Below the pieces are notes generated by a model. It ran no database searches, was not told the DNA's origin, and was given only the letters and a program-made list of their open reading frames with translations. 64,000 nt of DNA from Mustelus asterias. Lineage: Eukaryota. This document shows positions 36,987 through 48,182 of this stretch, piece after piece. Where the stretch lies: contig NW_027590139.1 in NCBI RefSeq assembly GCF_964213995.1, positions 62,001-126,000 of the forward strand. Direction: 5' to 3'. Each line of letters begins with the position of its first letter. Positions within the stretch are counted from its first letter, which is position 1. The position numbers and the translations under genes were made by a program.

Positions 36987-37574
36987 GTAAAATATCTCAG
37001 TTATTTAGTTGCTGCCGAAAAATATTGTTTGGTTGCATTAATTCCTCCACTTTATTACCACCTTATCTCAACAGCACCAAGTTCCTCCTCTCATTGAAAG
37101 GGATATAGGTTTGCCCGTCAAAGTTCTGTTTTCTGCCCTTTAACGTATTCCTCGAAAATGTCCCGTTTCTACTTCAGTAGACAATTCCTTATTTGGCATT
37201 ATAATTTAGCTATTCCCTGACATAATTTTTCGATGTTCATTCCATAAATTCAACAAATTTAACGGTATAATTTTACGTCTTTCCCACCGTAGTTCCTTCA
37301 CATTAAATACATGGTTTCACCGTGTTAACCTTATACAACCGTGCTGTGACAGGTACCATTTCATCAATTGGTAATATAACCTGTCCCATTCACCAGTAAC
37401 ATCTGACAGTCGAGGTTTTATTGTGTTACTCACTCTGATTTACATTTCCGTTCTGTTATAATGGTTAAACACAATTCAATGTTGTTATTTATGTTTTGTT
37501 ATTTATGTTTGTTGTTTATAAAGTTATTATGATTGTTGTGTTGACGTTGACAATATTCCTCTGGGCGAATTCTC

Positions 37575-37895
37575 AAACTGAGCAGCAGAGGTACACTGTG
37601 GTTGGCACTGCTGCCTCATAGCACAATAAACAGGGGGTCAATTCCAGAGATGTGTTGTCTGAGTGGAGTTTGCATATTCTTCGCATGTGTGCGTGAGGGT
37701 TTTCTCCAGGTGCCCAGAATACAAAACTGCGCAAGTTATGTAGATTTGCCGCGTAAAGAAGCACCTTAATGCCCATGGACGTGTATGTTAGTTGGATTAG
37801 CAATGGTAAATGCGCGGGATTACAGGGACAGGGCAGACAGAAGGGCATGGATGGGATGTTCTGACCGAACGTCAGGGATGGATATGTAGAAGGCT
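37575..37895 (+). mobile_element. Degenerate V-SINE in the GPCR intron
   Basis: GTGGAGTTTGCATATTCTTCGCATGTGTGCGTG V-domain. Confidence 0.7.
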
Positions 37896-38708
37896 GAAAT
37901 AATGCAAACAGTTATCCTTGATGAATGATTGTTATTAATCCCGAACTCACAACAATTTGTGCCTTCTCCCAGTGCCAAACACTCATTGGCTCCGCCCGGG
38001 AATCCTATTTCACATTTGCTGCTCCTGATTGTTTGATTCCTTTCTGTCCCAGATCCCAGTATCGTTTCAAATTGTTCTGTTCTCTGCAAAGAGTCAAGCA
38101 AAATAACTCGTTAAATCTTTCGTTTCATATTTCACCGGATATTTCAGATGATTATCAGGGATACAATTCAGTCTTGGCGCTGCTTCCTAAATCTGCAAGT
38201 TCCGACAACTGCTCACAATTGTCCTTTTATTTGCCTTTGTTTGAGGATTTATTCGAGAAAATTCACTGCAAACGTTTCCAAAAGTAAATAATTTTGCTGT
38301 CATTCATGGATCCATATTTAATACCCATTGAAATATAATCCGTGACCATATTAACTTCCGCACTTATTATTGGATATTTTCCAATTTATCTTCTCCAATA
38401 TGTTTTAATTAGTTGTTTACATGTCATTGTATTGTGCATTTAATTATTCAGTTTTGGTTTTGATATGCTTTCCATTTCGCATTATTCCTCTCTCAGTTCT
38501 CATTAAAAATGCAATCACTTTCGTTAACATTCCTTATTATTAATAAAGATATTGTTATTAAGCAGAAACAAGTGTCCCTGAGATCAGGTATAAATGTTGC
38601 ACCTATCACACAGAATTCAACATCATGGATTGTTTTGTTGCGATGAATGTTCCACTTCCCATGCTTCGTCATGCACAAATTCTCACAATCTCTTTCCCTC
38701 TATTACAG

Positions 38709-39622
38709 CTAACACAGCAGTGATTCTGGTCCTCGCAAGAAAAAGTTGTGGTCTCTCCAGATGTATCACGTATTACCTTGTTTCCATAGCGGTGGTGGAT
38801 CTCCTGCACATAATATCTGCTGTAATATTAAACCGGATTGCGGGAATCTTTTTTCCATTGAGCTTCTTGTCTGTCACACCAGTTTGCAGCGTCCGTACAG
38901 TCCTACATTCTACCGCCATGGACAACTCTGTCTGGTTAACCGTCGCTTTCACGTTTGATAGATTTGTGGCTATTTGTTGCCAGAAGCTCAAAGTTAAATA
39001 TTGTAATGAAAATGTGGCCACGTGGGTCATTGGAATCGTGTCCACACTCGCCTGTGTAAAAAATGTCTTTGTGTACTTTGTTTATGAACCCCTGTACATA
39101 ATTGACGATGTACCCTGGTTCTGCAATGTAAAGTTAATATTTTACACATCCCCTTTCTGGGCTGCTTATGACTTGATGCGTTGTATTGTAACTCCTATCC
39201 TTCCATTCATTTTGATTTTGCTGCTGAATGCTCTTACTGTAAGACACATTCTAGCGGCCAATAGAGCCCGCAGGAGACTCCGGGCCCAGAACAATGGAAA
39301 GAATCAGAGTGACCCAGAGGTGGAGAAGCGGAAAAAGTCCATTGTTTTACTCTTCACCATTTCGGGAAATTTCATCCTGTTATACTTGTTATTTTTTATA
39401 ACTATCATCTATGTCCGAATTGCGAAAGTTACTTATTTCTCAGGTTCTGGTTTCAGTAATACATTTAATCTTGAGGAAACTGGATATATGCTTCTGTTTT
39501 TGTGTTCCTGCATCAACCCATTGATTTATGCTGGGACCCAGAGTAAAATCAGAGCCGAGTTAAAGAATTTGGTGAAATATCCACTCAAACAATTTGTTAA
39601 TTTTTTAAAATTTTGCGCATAG
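38709..39622 (+). CDS. GPR139/GPR142-like class A GPCR, exon 2 (spliced protein 327 aa)
   Basis: Acceptor ctctattacag, in phase with exon 1. Motifs CGLSRCITYYL, WLTVAFTFDRFVAIC, LPFILILLLN and CINPLIY, with seven hydrophobic segments. Confidence 0.92.
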
Positions 39623-39737
39623 GCTGAACTAAGGTGAATGTTACTTATTCTCAGTCAGTGAAATGTTCCTTTCCGTCCGTTCATTCCTCCGTCCGTCATT
39701 CTCCCTCTCCTCATCCATCCATCCGTCCGTCCGTTGG

Positions 39738-39969
39738 NNNNNNNNNNNNNNNNNNNNNNNNNNNNNNNNNNNNNNNNNNNNNNNNNNNNNNNNNNNNNNN
39801 NNNNNNNNNNNNNNNNNNNNNNNNNNNNNNNNNNNNNNNNNNNNNNNNNNNNNNNNNNNNNNNNNNNNNNNNNNNNNNNNNNNNNNNNNNNNNNNNNNNN
39901 NNNNNNNNNNNNNNNNNNNNNNNNNNNNNNNNNNNNNNNNNNNNNNNNNNNNNNNNNNNNNNNNNNNNN
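39738..39969. other. Assembly gap (232 N) flanked by (TCCG/TCCA)n and (CT)n microsatellites
   Basis: Direct reading. Confidence 0.99.
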
Positions 39970-39977
39970 TCTATTCA

Positions 39978-40009
<32 letters not shown>

Positions 40010-40484
40010 CTACCTCGCTATCTATCTATTTGTCTGTCACATTTCACCATCATCGAGTGAGAGTGTGCAACCTTTTAAGAGGAGAGATTGCCTTTGAAAG
40101 CAACGCAGTGCTTTGGATAGTGGTGCAGCGTGCTTCTGGGTGTGGAACATCTCTTGTGAATTAAGACTGCAAAGTACGAACGATTGAGATGTTGTTGCAA
40201 GGTAAAATCTGTCTGGTAATAGGTCAGATTTTACCGTTTACACTGCCACTGAATTACGAAACTTTTCCCTCACTCCGAATTGTAAAATATTTGGAAATAT
40301 TTCTTTCCTGTTTCGAACCATCGGAAGCGAAAGTGATAATTGTACTGCAACGTTCGTTGTTTGAAAATGATCCACAGGTCAGTTTCGTGACAAATGTGCG
40401 AAAAATTCTGAAAGCCCAATCACTCTGAAATTGATAACATTTGGAAATGTTTTTGTAAAAATAAAGTACTAGTGATGCTGGAAC

Positions 40485-40672
40485 CTGAAACACAAACAGA
40501 AAATAATGGAAAATCTCAGCAGGTCTGCCAGCACTTGTGATGAGAGAATCGAGCCATTGTGTCGAATCAAGAAGTCTGACGAAGGGTCATCCAGACTTGA
40601 AATGTTGGTTCCACTCTCTCCCCACAGATGCTATCATACCGGCTGAGTTTTTCCAGAAATTTCTGTTTTTCT
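40485..40672. repeat. Fold-back pair of Penelope pLTR-like short repeats
   Basis: The left arm AAACAGAAATAATGGAAAATCTCAGCAGGTCTG is inverted against the right arm CCGGCTGAGTTTTTCCAGAAATTTCTGTTTT. CTGACGA..GAAA lies in the middle. Confidence 0.65.
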
Positions 40673-40678
40673 GGTAAA

Positions 40679-40751
40679 TATTCCTGCCCCAGATCCAACA
40701 GGAACCCTTTTGCGTGTAAAGCGACCGTGATACCCACTACACTACAGCAAC
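40679..40751 (-). pseudogene. tRNA-Val(TAC) pseudogene
   Basis: GTTGCTGTAGTGTAGTGGGTATCACGGTCGCTTTACACGCAAAAGGGTTCCTGTTGGATCTGGGGCAGGAATA. Confidence 0.7.
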
Positions 40752-41265
40752 GCTGCGATGCACTGATATTCGGAAACTGACGCCACAAACACGTCAATTG
40801 CCCACAGCAACTGTGATTTACATTGTGTCTGCTGGTATCTCAAATTAATCAGGTAACGGGGAAGTGGTGGAAAGGATATTGAAAGAAGGAACATTGAATT
40901 AAAATTGTATCGAAATTAAAGACCAGTACACCATTCCTATGTTACTGACTCTGAAATACAAATGGATGCCATCATTTAAAGACTTCATTAAGGAATGGAA
41001 CTAATTTGGAATTACCCTGTATTATTGCAGTGCTGTTAATAAAGTCAGTAATAGACTAGTTTCGGGAGCTGTTCGGAGGAGGAGGAGCAGTCTCTGGGTG
41101 AGTATAAAAACCTAACGGTAACTTCCTGTTTTCCACTTTTTCTTTCTTCAAAAGTGACGTCAGAGGGAAGCTGTGATCTGATTGGTTGATAGCAAATCTG
41201 CCCCAAATTTAAAAAAAACACAGCTAAACTCGTAAACTTAAATTAAACTAATTAATTAATTAGAG

Positions 41266-42222
41266 ATGGCTGGTCAGGTGATGTGCTTGAGCTGCTTGAT
41301 GTGGGAGCTGGCAGATCCCATTGCGAGCTACAGCGACCACATCTGCAGTAAGTGTTGGCTGCTTGAAAAACTCCGGCTCAGAGTTGATGAGCTGGAGTCT
41401 GAGCTTCAAACACTGAGGCACATCCGGGAGGGGGAGACTTACCTGGACACTGTGTTTCAGGAGGCAGTCACACCTGTCAGAGTAAATAGTTTAAATCCTG
41501 CCAGTGGCCAGGGACAGCAGGGTGTGACTGCAAGTCAGGCAGGTAAAGGGAACCAGCAGTCAGGAACTCAGGAGCCTCAGCCCTTGACCCTGTCCAACAG
41601 GTACGAGGCACTTGCTCCCTGTGTGGATGGCAAACAGGGCTGCAGGAAGGATGAGTCAGCTGACCAAGGCACCATGGTTCAGCAGGCCATTCAAGGGGAG
41701 GAAGTAAATAGGCAAGTTGTAGTTGGAGGGGATTCTATTATCAGGGGGATAGATAGTATCCTTTGTGAGCAGGATAGAGTGTCCCGCATGGTATGTTGCC
41801 TGCCCGGTGCTAGGGTGCGGGACATCTCTGACCGGCTTGAAAGGATACTGGAGAGGGAGGGGGAGGATCCAGTTGTTGTGGTCCATGTTGGTACCAACAA
41901 CATAGGCAAGTCTAGGAAAGAGGATCTGTTTAGAGATTATAAAGAGCTAGGATTCAAATTAAAAAACAGGTCCTCAAGGGTCATAATCTCCGGATTACTG
42001 CCCGAGCCACGTGCTAATTGGCATAGGGAGACAAGAATAAGGGAAGTTAACACGTGGCTGAAAGAGTGGTGTGGGAAAGAGGGGTTCTTTTTCATGGGAC
42101 ACTGGCATCAGTTTTGGGGCAGGGGGGACCTATACCGTTGGGATGGTCTCCACCTGGACCGAGCTGGGATCAGTGTTCTGGCGAAGAGAGTAAATAGGGT
42201 GGTCAATAGGACTTTAAACTAG
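41266..42222 (+). CDS. CR1 ORF1p (zinc-finger/leucine-zipper plus SGNH esterase)
   Basis: CLSC..CSKC, LESELQTL, GDS, VHVGTNN and DGLH. Confidence 0.92.
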   Translation: MAGQVMCLSCLMWELADPIASYSDHICSKCWLLEKLRLRVDELESELQTLRHIREGETYLDTVFQEAVTPVRVNSLNPASGQGQQGVTASQAGKGNQQSGTQEPQPLTLSNRYEALAPCVDGKQGCRKDESADQGTMVQQAIQGEEVNRQVVVGGDSIIRGIDSILCEQDRVSRMVCCLPGARVRDISDRLERILEREGEDPVVVVHVGTNNIGKSRKEDLFRDYKELGFKLKNRSSRVIISGLLPEPRANWHRETRIREVNTWLKEWCGKEGFFFMGHWHQFWGRGDLYRWDGLHLDRAGISVLAKRVNRVVNRTLN

Positions 42223-42356
42223 AGATTGGGGGGGAAGGGAAAGTCAGGGAACCAAGAGGTGAAGGAATCAGTGGGAAGCGTAGCTGCTTAGGATTACAAA
42301 AAATCACGAAAAGACAGCGCTCAGGAGAGGTTACGATAGTCCCCATCTCACAAAAT

Positions 42357-45233
42357 ATGACACAGTGTCTGGAAAGGCTCAGTAAACCAAGGTCCACCAC
42401 ACTACGAAAACAAAAAGGGACGGTCAATAGTGAATTAAAGGTGCTATATTTAAATGCCCGCAGTGTCCGGAACAAGGTAGATGAGCTTGTGGCCCAGATT
42501 GTGACTGGCAGGTATGATGTGGTAGGCATCACAGAGACGTGGTTGCAGGGGGTTCAGGACTGGCAGTTAAACATCCAGGGATTCACAACCTATCGAAAAG
42601 ACAGAGAGGTGGGTAGAGGGGGCGGGGTTGCCTTGTTAATTAGAAATGAAATTAAATCAATAGCACTAAACGACATAGGGTCAGACGATGTGGAGTCTGT
42701 GTGGGTAGAGTTGAGGAACCACAAAGGCAAAAAAACCATAATGGGAGTTATGTACAGGCCTCCTGACAGTGGTCAGGACCAGGGGCACAAAATGCACCAC
42801 GAAATAGAAAGGGCATGTCAGAAAGGCAAGGTCACAGTGATCATGGGGGATTTCAATATGCAGGTGGACTGGGTAAATAATGTTGCCAGTGGATCCAAAG
42901 AAAGGGAATTCATTGAATGTTTACAGGATGGCTTTTTGGAACAGCTTGTATTGGAGCCCACGAGGGAACAGGCTATTCTGGACTTAGTGTTATATAATGA
43001 GCCAGACGTGATAAAAAATCTTAAAGTAAGGGAACACTTAGGAAGCAGTGATCATAATATGGTAGAATTCAGTCTGAAATTTGAAAGAAGGAAGGCAGAA
43101 TCAGATGTGAAGGTTCTACAGTTAAATAAAGGTAATTACAGGCGCATGAGGGAAGAACTGACAAAGATCGACTGGAAGCAGAGCCTAGTGGGAAAGACAG
43201 TAGAACAGCAATGGCAGGAGTTTCTGGGAGTAATTGAGGACACAGTGCAGAGGTTCATCCCAAACAAAAGAAAGGTTATCAGAGGGGGGATTAGGCAGCC
43301 ATGGCTGACAAAGGAAGTCAGGGAATGCATCAAGGCAAAAGAGAGAGCCTATAATGTGGCAAAGAGTAGTGGGAAGTCAGAAGATTGGGAAGGCTATAAA
43401 AACAAACAGAGGATAACAAAGAGAGAAATAATGAAGGAGAGGATCAAATATGAAGGTAGGCTAGCCAGTAACATTAGGAATGATAGTAAAAGTTTCTTTA
43501 AATACATTAAAAACAAACGGGAGGCAAAAGTAGACATTGGGCCGCTCCAAAATGACGCTGGTAATCTAGTGATGGGAGACAAGGAAATAGCTGAGGAACT
43601 TAATAAGTACTTTGCGTCAGTCTTCACAGTAGAAGACATGAGTAATATCCCAACAATTCAGGAAAGTCAGGGGGCAGAGTTGAATATGGTTGCCATCACA
43701 AAGGAGAAAGTGCTAGAGAAACTAAAAGGTCTGAAAATTGATAAATCTCCGGGCCCAGATGGGCTACATCCTAGAGTTCTAAAGGAGATAGCTGAAGAAA
43801 TAGTGGAGGCGTTGGTTATGATCTTTCAAAAGTCACTGGAGTCAGGGAAAGTCCCAGAGGATTGGAAAATCGCTGTTGTAACCCCACTGTTCAAGAAGGG
43901 AACAAGAAAAAAGATGGGAAATTATAGGCCAATTAGCCTAACCTCAGTTGTTGGCAAAATTCTAGAATCCATCGTTAAGGATGAGATTTCTAAATTCTTG
44001 GAAGTGCAGGGTCGGATTAGGACAAGCCAGCATGGATTTAGTAAGGGGAGGTCGTGCCTGACAAACCTGTTAGAGTTCTTTGAAGAGATAACAAATAGGT
44101 TAGACCAAGGAGAGCCAATGGATGTTATCTATCTTGACTTCCAAAAGGCCTTTGACAAGGTGCCTCACGGGAGACTGATAAGTAAAATAAGGGCCCATGG
44201 TATTCGAGGCAAGGTACTAACATGGATTGACGATTGGCTGTCAGACAGAAGGCAGAGAGTTGGGATAAAAGGTTCTTTCTCAGAATGGCAACCGGTGACA
44301 AGTGGTGTCCCGCAGGGTTCAGTGTTGGGGCCACAGCTGTTCTCTTTATATATTAACGATCTAGATGACGGGACTGGGGGCATTCTGGCCAAGTTTGCCG
44401 ATGATACAAAGATAGGTGGAGGGGCAGGTAGTATTGAGGAGGTGGGGAGGCTGCAGAAAGATTTAGACAGTTTAGGAGAGTGGTCCAAGAAGTGGCTGAT
44501 GAAATTCAACGTGGGCAAGTGCGAGGTCTTGCACTTTGGAAAAAAGAATAGAGGCATGGACTATTTTCTAAACGGTGACAAAATTCATAATGCTAAAGTG
44601 CAAAGGGACTTGGGAGTCCTAGTCCAGGATTCTCTAAAGGTAAACTTGCAGGTTGAGTCCGTAATTAAGAAAGCAAATGTAATGTTGTCATTTATCTCAA
44701 GAGGCTTGGAATACAAAAGCAGGGATGTACTTCTGAGGCTTTATAAAGCACTGGTTCGGCCCCATTTGGAGTACTGTGAGCAATTTTGGGCCCCGCACCT
44801 CAGGAAGGACATACTGGCACTGGAGCGGGTCCAACGGAGATTCACACGGATGATCCCAGGAATGGTAGGCCTGACATACGATGAACGTCTGAGGATCGTG
44901 GGATTATATTCATTGGAGTTTAGGAGGTTGAGGGGAGATCTAATAGAAACTTACAAGATAATGAACGGCTTAGATAGGATGGACGTAGGGAAGTTGTTTC
45001 CATTAGCAGGGGAGACTAGGACGCGGGGGCACAGCCTTAGAATAAATGGGAGTCACTTTAGAACAGAGATGAGGAGAAATTTCTGCAGCCAGAGAGTGGT
45101 AGGTCTGTGGAATTCATTGCCACAGAGGGCTGTGGAGGCCGAGACGTTGAGCGTCTTCAAGACAGAAATTGATAAATTCTTGATTTCTCGAGGAATTAAG
45201 GGCTATGGGGAGAGAGCGGGTAAATGGAATTGA
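42357..45233 (+). CDS. CR1 ORF2p (APE endonuclease plus RT)
   Basis: YLNARS, ITETW, GDFN, SDH, YLDFQKAFD, GVPQGSVLGP and FADD. The frame is also open upstream to 42213. Confidence 0.93.
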   Translation: MTQCLERLSKPRSTTLRKQKGTVNSELKVLYLNARSVRNKVDELVAQIVTGRYDVVGITETWLQGVQDWQLNIQGFTTYRKDREVGRGGGVALLIRNEIKSIALNDIGSDDVESVWVELRNHKGKKTIMGVMYRPPDSGQDQGHKMHHEIERACQKGKVTVIMGDFNMQVDWVNNVASGSKEREFIECLQDGFLEQLVLEPTREQAILDLVLYNEPDVIKNLKVREHLGSSDHNMVEFSLKFERRKAESDVKVLQLNKGNYRRMREELTKIDWKQSLVGKTVEQQWQEFLGVIEDTVQRFIPNKRKVIRGGIRQPWLTKEVRECIKAKERAYNVAKSSGKSEDWEGYKNKQRITKREIMKERIKYEGRLASNIRNDSKSFFKYIKNKREAKVDIGPLQNDAGNLVMGDKEIAEELNKYFASVFTVEDMSNIPTIQESQGAELNMVAITKEKVLEKLKGLKIDKSPGPDGLHPRVLKEIAEEIVEALVMIFQKSLESGKVPEDWKIAVVTPLFKKGTRKKMGNYRPISLTSVVGKILESIVKDEISKFLEVQGRIRTSQHGFSKGRSCLTNLLEFFEEITNRLDQGEPMDVIYLDFQKAFDKVPHGRLISKIRAHGIRGKVLTWIDDWLSDRRQRVGIKGSFSEWQPVTSGVPQGSVLGPQLFSLYINDLDDGTGGILAKFADDTKIGGGAGSIEEVGRLQKDLDSLGEWSKKWLMKFNVGKCEVLHFGKKNRGMDYFLNGDKIHNAKVQRDLGVLVQDSLKVNLQVESVIKKANVMLSFISRGLEYKSRDVLLRLYKALVRPHLEYCEQFWAPHLRKDILALERVQRRFTRMIPGMVGLTYDERLRIVGLYSLEFRRLRGDLIETYKIMNGLDRMDVGKLFPLAGETRTRGHSLRINGSHFRTEMRRNFCSQRVVGLWNSLPQRAVEAETLSVFKTEIDKFLISRGIKGYGERAGKWN

Positions 45234-46059
45234 AATCAACCATGATTGAATGGTGGAGTGGACTCGATGGGCCGAATGGCCTTACTTCCGCTCCTATGTC
45301 TTATGGTCTTATTGCTGGGAGTTTGATTATCTGCTGTCTGAAACCAAAATATTCAATATTTCGAGTGAAAAAGATGAACAAGGAAACACATCAGTGCCGA
45401 ATATTCCAGCTGGATATTCACAGGAGAAAGTATGTTTTCTAACGCTACCAGTAGAAAGAACAGAGAAAGATCCATCTGGAAGAAACCCTCCAATCATTTG
45501 TAAATATATTTCAAATGTTGACAGGTTCCAACAGTCAGTTTCCATCACATTGAAGTCAATTGAAGGTGGGAGAAAGAGTCATAGAGTCATAGAACATGGA
45601 AACAGGCCCTTGGGCCCAACTTGTCCACGCCGCCATTTTTTTAAAACCCTAAGCTAATCCAAATTGCCGGCATTTGGCCCATATCGCTTTATACCCATCT
45701 TATTTTCAACATTTTCAACAAAATATTTTCAACCAAAACAGAATGGTTCAAAGTTCCAGAGTGAAATGTAACTTGATGTTACTTACATTAGTAGATTCAG
45801 GAAAGTCACACAAACATTTTCAGTCTGGAAACTTAAACCTGCCATTTCACTCTCAGGAACAGCCCAATTTTACAACAACCTCTGATTTTACAGCACGTTT
45901 GCAGTATTCAACATTGCTCTCCTGACTCCGAACACAATTGCAAAGGAGCTTCTCTTCCGTGTCTCGGAGCTCTGAACCATGGAAGAGAGCGGCTCGCACA
46001 CATTCCTTACACACATCAGGATTAACCTCCAAGTTCAGTCCTGGGCGTGAGTCACTGCA

Positions 46060-46635
46060 GCAATGTAAGAAGTCTCACAACACCAGGTTAAGATCCAACA
46101 GGTTTATTTGGAATCACGGGCTTTCGGAGCGCTGCTCCTTCATCAGGTGCGTGAAGGTTAGTTCGCAAGCACAGAATATATAATCAAAGACACAACTGCA
46201 AGATAGTTACAGATTGGTATGTGAAGAGTGATTTAATATGAGTCTTTATAGGTAACTATAAAGTAAATAATCAAGTTTTTATAGGTGCGAAGTGTGAGTG
46301 GAGCGAGGGACAATTACAATTTAAAGGGGTGTGAATTGTCTCAAACCAGGTCAGTTCGTAGGATTTTGCAAACCCAGGCAGTATGGTAAGGGTTACAAGT
46401 AGTGCGACATTCACCCAAGATCCCGGTTAAGGCCGTCCTCATGCATGTTGAACTTGGCTATCAGTTTCTGCTCGGCGATTCTGCGGTGCCATATGTCTTG
46501 AAGGCCGCGTTGGAGAACGCTTACCCGAAAACTGGAGGCTGAATGTCCTGGACTGCTGAAGAGCTCCCCAACTGGAAGGGAACACTCCCGCCTGGCGATT
46601 GTTGTGCAGTGTCCGTTCAACCGTTGCCGTCATGT
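46060..46635 (-). mobile_element. Penelope-like element 3' fragment
   Basis: NGHCTTIARRECSLPVGE...RIAEQKLIAKF; reverse complement of 28985-29490. Confidence 0.85.
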
Positions 46636-46639
46636 CTGC

Positions 46640-47170
46640 AATGTCCTCCGCTCATTTGTGTGTGCCAGGAAGTGGCTGGAATCCCTTCCCACACTCAGAG
46701 AAGGTGAACGGCCTCTCCTTGGTGTGACGTTGTTGGTGTGTGAGCAGATCGGATGACTGAATTAATCCTTTCCCACTTTCCGGGTAGATGAACCGTCTCA
46801 CTCCAGTCTGAAGCTGTTGTTTTATTCACAGATAGTTCTTGTTTTAAAGCTCTTTTCACAATCAGAACATTTAAAAGGACTCTGATCACTGTGATCAAGT
46901 TTATGCTTAGTGAGCTGGGATGACTAAGCGAATCCTTTCCCACAAACAGAGCAGGTGACTGTATTCTCCTCAGTGTGAACTCATTCATGTGCCAGTAGGT
47001 CAGATGAGTAAGCAAATTCCTTCGCACATTTAAAACATCAGAACAGCTTCTCCCCAGTATGAACTTGCTGGTGTGTTGACAGAAGGGACAACTGATTAAA
47101 TCCATCTCCACACTTCGAGACGGTGAATGACCTCTCCCCAGTTTGACTGCGTTGATCATTTCCCAGTTCA
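46640..47170 (-). pseudogene. C2H2 zinc-finger array pseudogene
   Basis: The minus strand has repeated degenerate linkers ([35 protein letters not shown]) with stops and frameshifts. Confidence 0.75.
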
Positions 47171-47978
47171 AGGAATAAAGAGTATAAATAGGGAAAATAT
47201 TTTAATTTAATATATTTTCCTTGAAGTTCTGTCTTTTTATTACAATGCCGTTTTAAGAGGATTTCAACAAGTTTATCAGTTCATTTGTTTTACTAGTATA
47301 TGAAAAATAGAAAACCGCTCTCAGACCTCACTGATTTCTATCCAAAGTGGAACCACAGGAAGAGGAGGCTCCACAAACATCCCCACTCTCAATGATGGGC
47401 TCCAGCACATCACGGCCGTGTTTTGTGTTTACTGACCCGGATGTGTTATCAATGGCTTCCCTGGTTCCCAAGGCTTGGAAAGACATTTTGGAAGGCATGA
47501 GTTCAAGAGAATAGCTGAAGGTCCAAGAAATGAAATGATCTGGACAGTTAGAAAGGAGAAAATAATAAAGATGAAGCATTGAGTGACAGTCAGTGACAGG
47601 TTAGCAATTAATCTGCTCCTATCCTGGAGAAATGAAGGAACTGACCCTGTGCCTGAAACAATATTAGTTCATTTGACACATATCGGAATATTCAAAAGCA
47701 GCAAGTTATGGAGATTATTAACGTCAGCATGAAGAAACTCCAGCTCTCAGATTGAACATTTTTCAGGTTTTGATGTGATTAATCTGGAATTAAAAGTGTA
47801 ATGATGACCATGAAACCATTATCGACTGTTGCAAAACCCCATCCGGTTCACTAATGTCATGGGGGAAGGAGATCTGCCGTCCTTAGCTGGTTTGGCCGAC
47901 ATGTGACTCCAGAGCCAGAGTAATGTGGTTGATCCTTAAATGTCCTCTCAAATGGAGGGCAATTAAGGCTCCTCCGTC

Positions 47979-48092
47979 TGACGTCATGGATTGGTGAGCG
48001 AAGGCACTCTGAGCTGATTGGATGAAATGGAGGGTAATGAATCTGTGAGCTGATTGGGTGTCTCCCGCTGGCTCTGTCAGAAACGAGCCAAT
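47979..48092. promoter_or_regulatory. CRE (TGACGTCA) plus four CCAAT boxes between the divergent ZNF and V pseudogenes
   Basis: TGACGTCA at 47979-47986; ATTGG at about 47990, 48017 and 48053; CCAAT at about 48088. Confidence 0.5.
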
Positions 48093-48182
48093 CGCTTGAG
48101 GCCGGATATTTCTCAACATTTTCTGAACCCTGAACTAAATATGGAGCTTGAACTCACTGAGTTCAGATCCAGCATCATCTCT

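Larger units (their letters stand above)
41060..45312 (+). mobile_element. Full-length CR1 LINE, family B, both ORFs intact
   Basis: 5'UTR, ORF1, ORF2, 3'UTR and a TCTTATGG-type tail. The 5' end is approximate. Confidence 0.95.

Noticed and set aside
38594-38708. ORF-track N-terminus of the 342-aa GPCR
   Set aside because: This is intron read-through. The acceptor at 38708 and exon 1 at 36917-36986 supply the true TM1.
39634-40164. ORFs spanning the N run
   Set aside because: Artefacts of the assembly gap and microsatellites.
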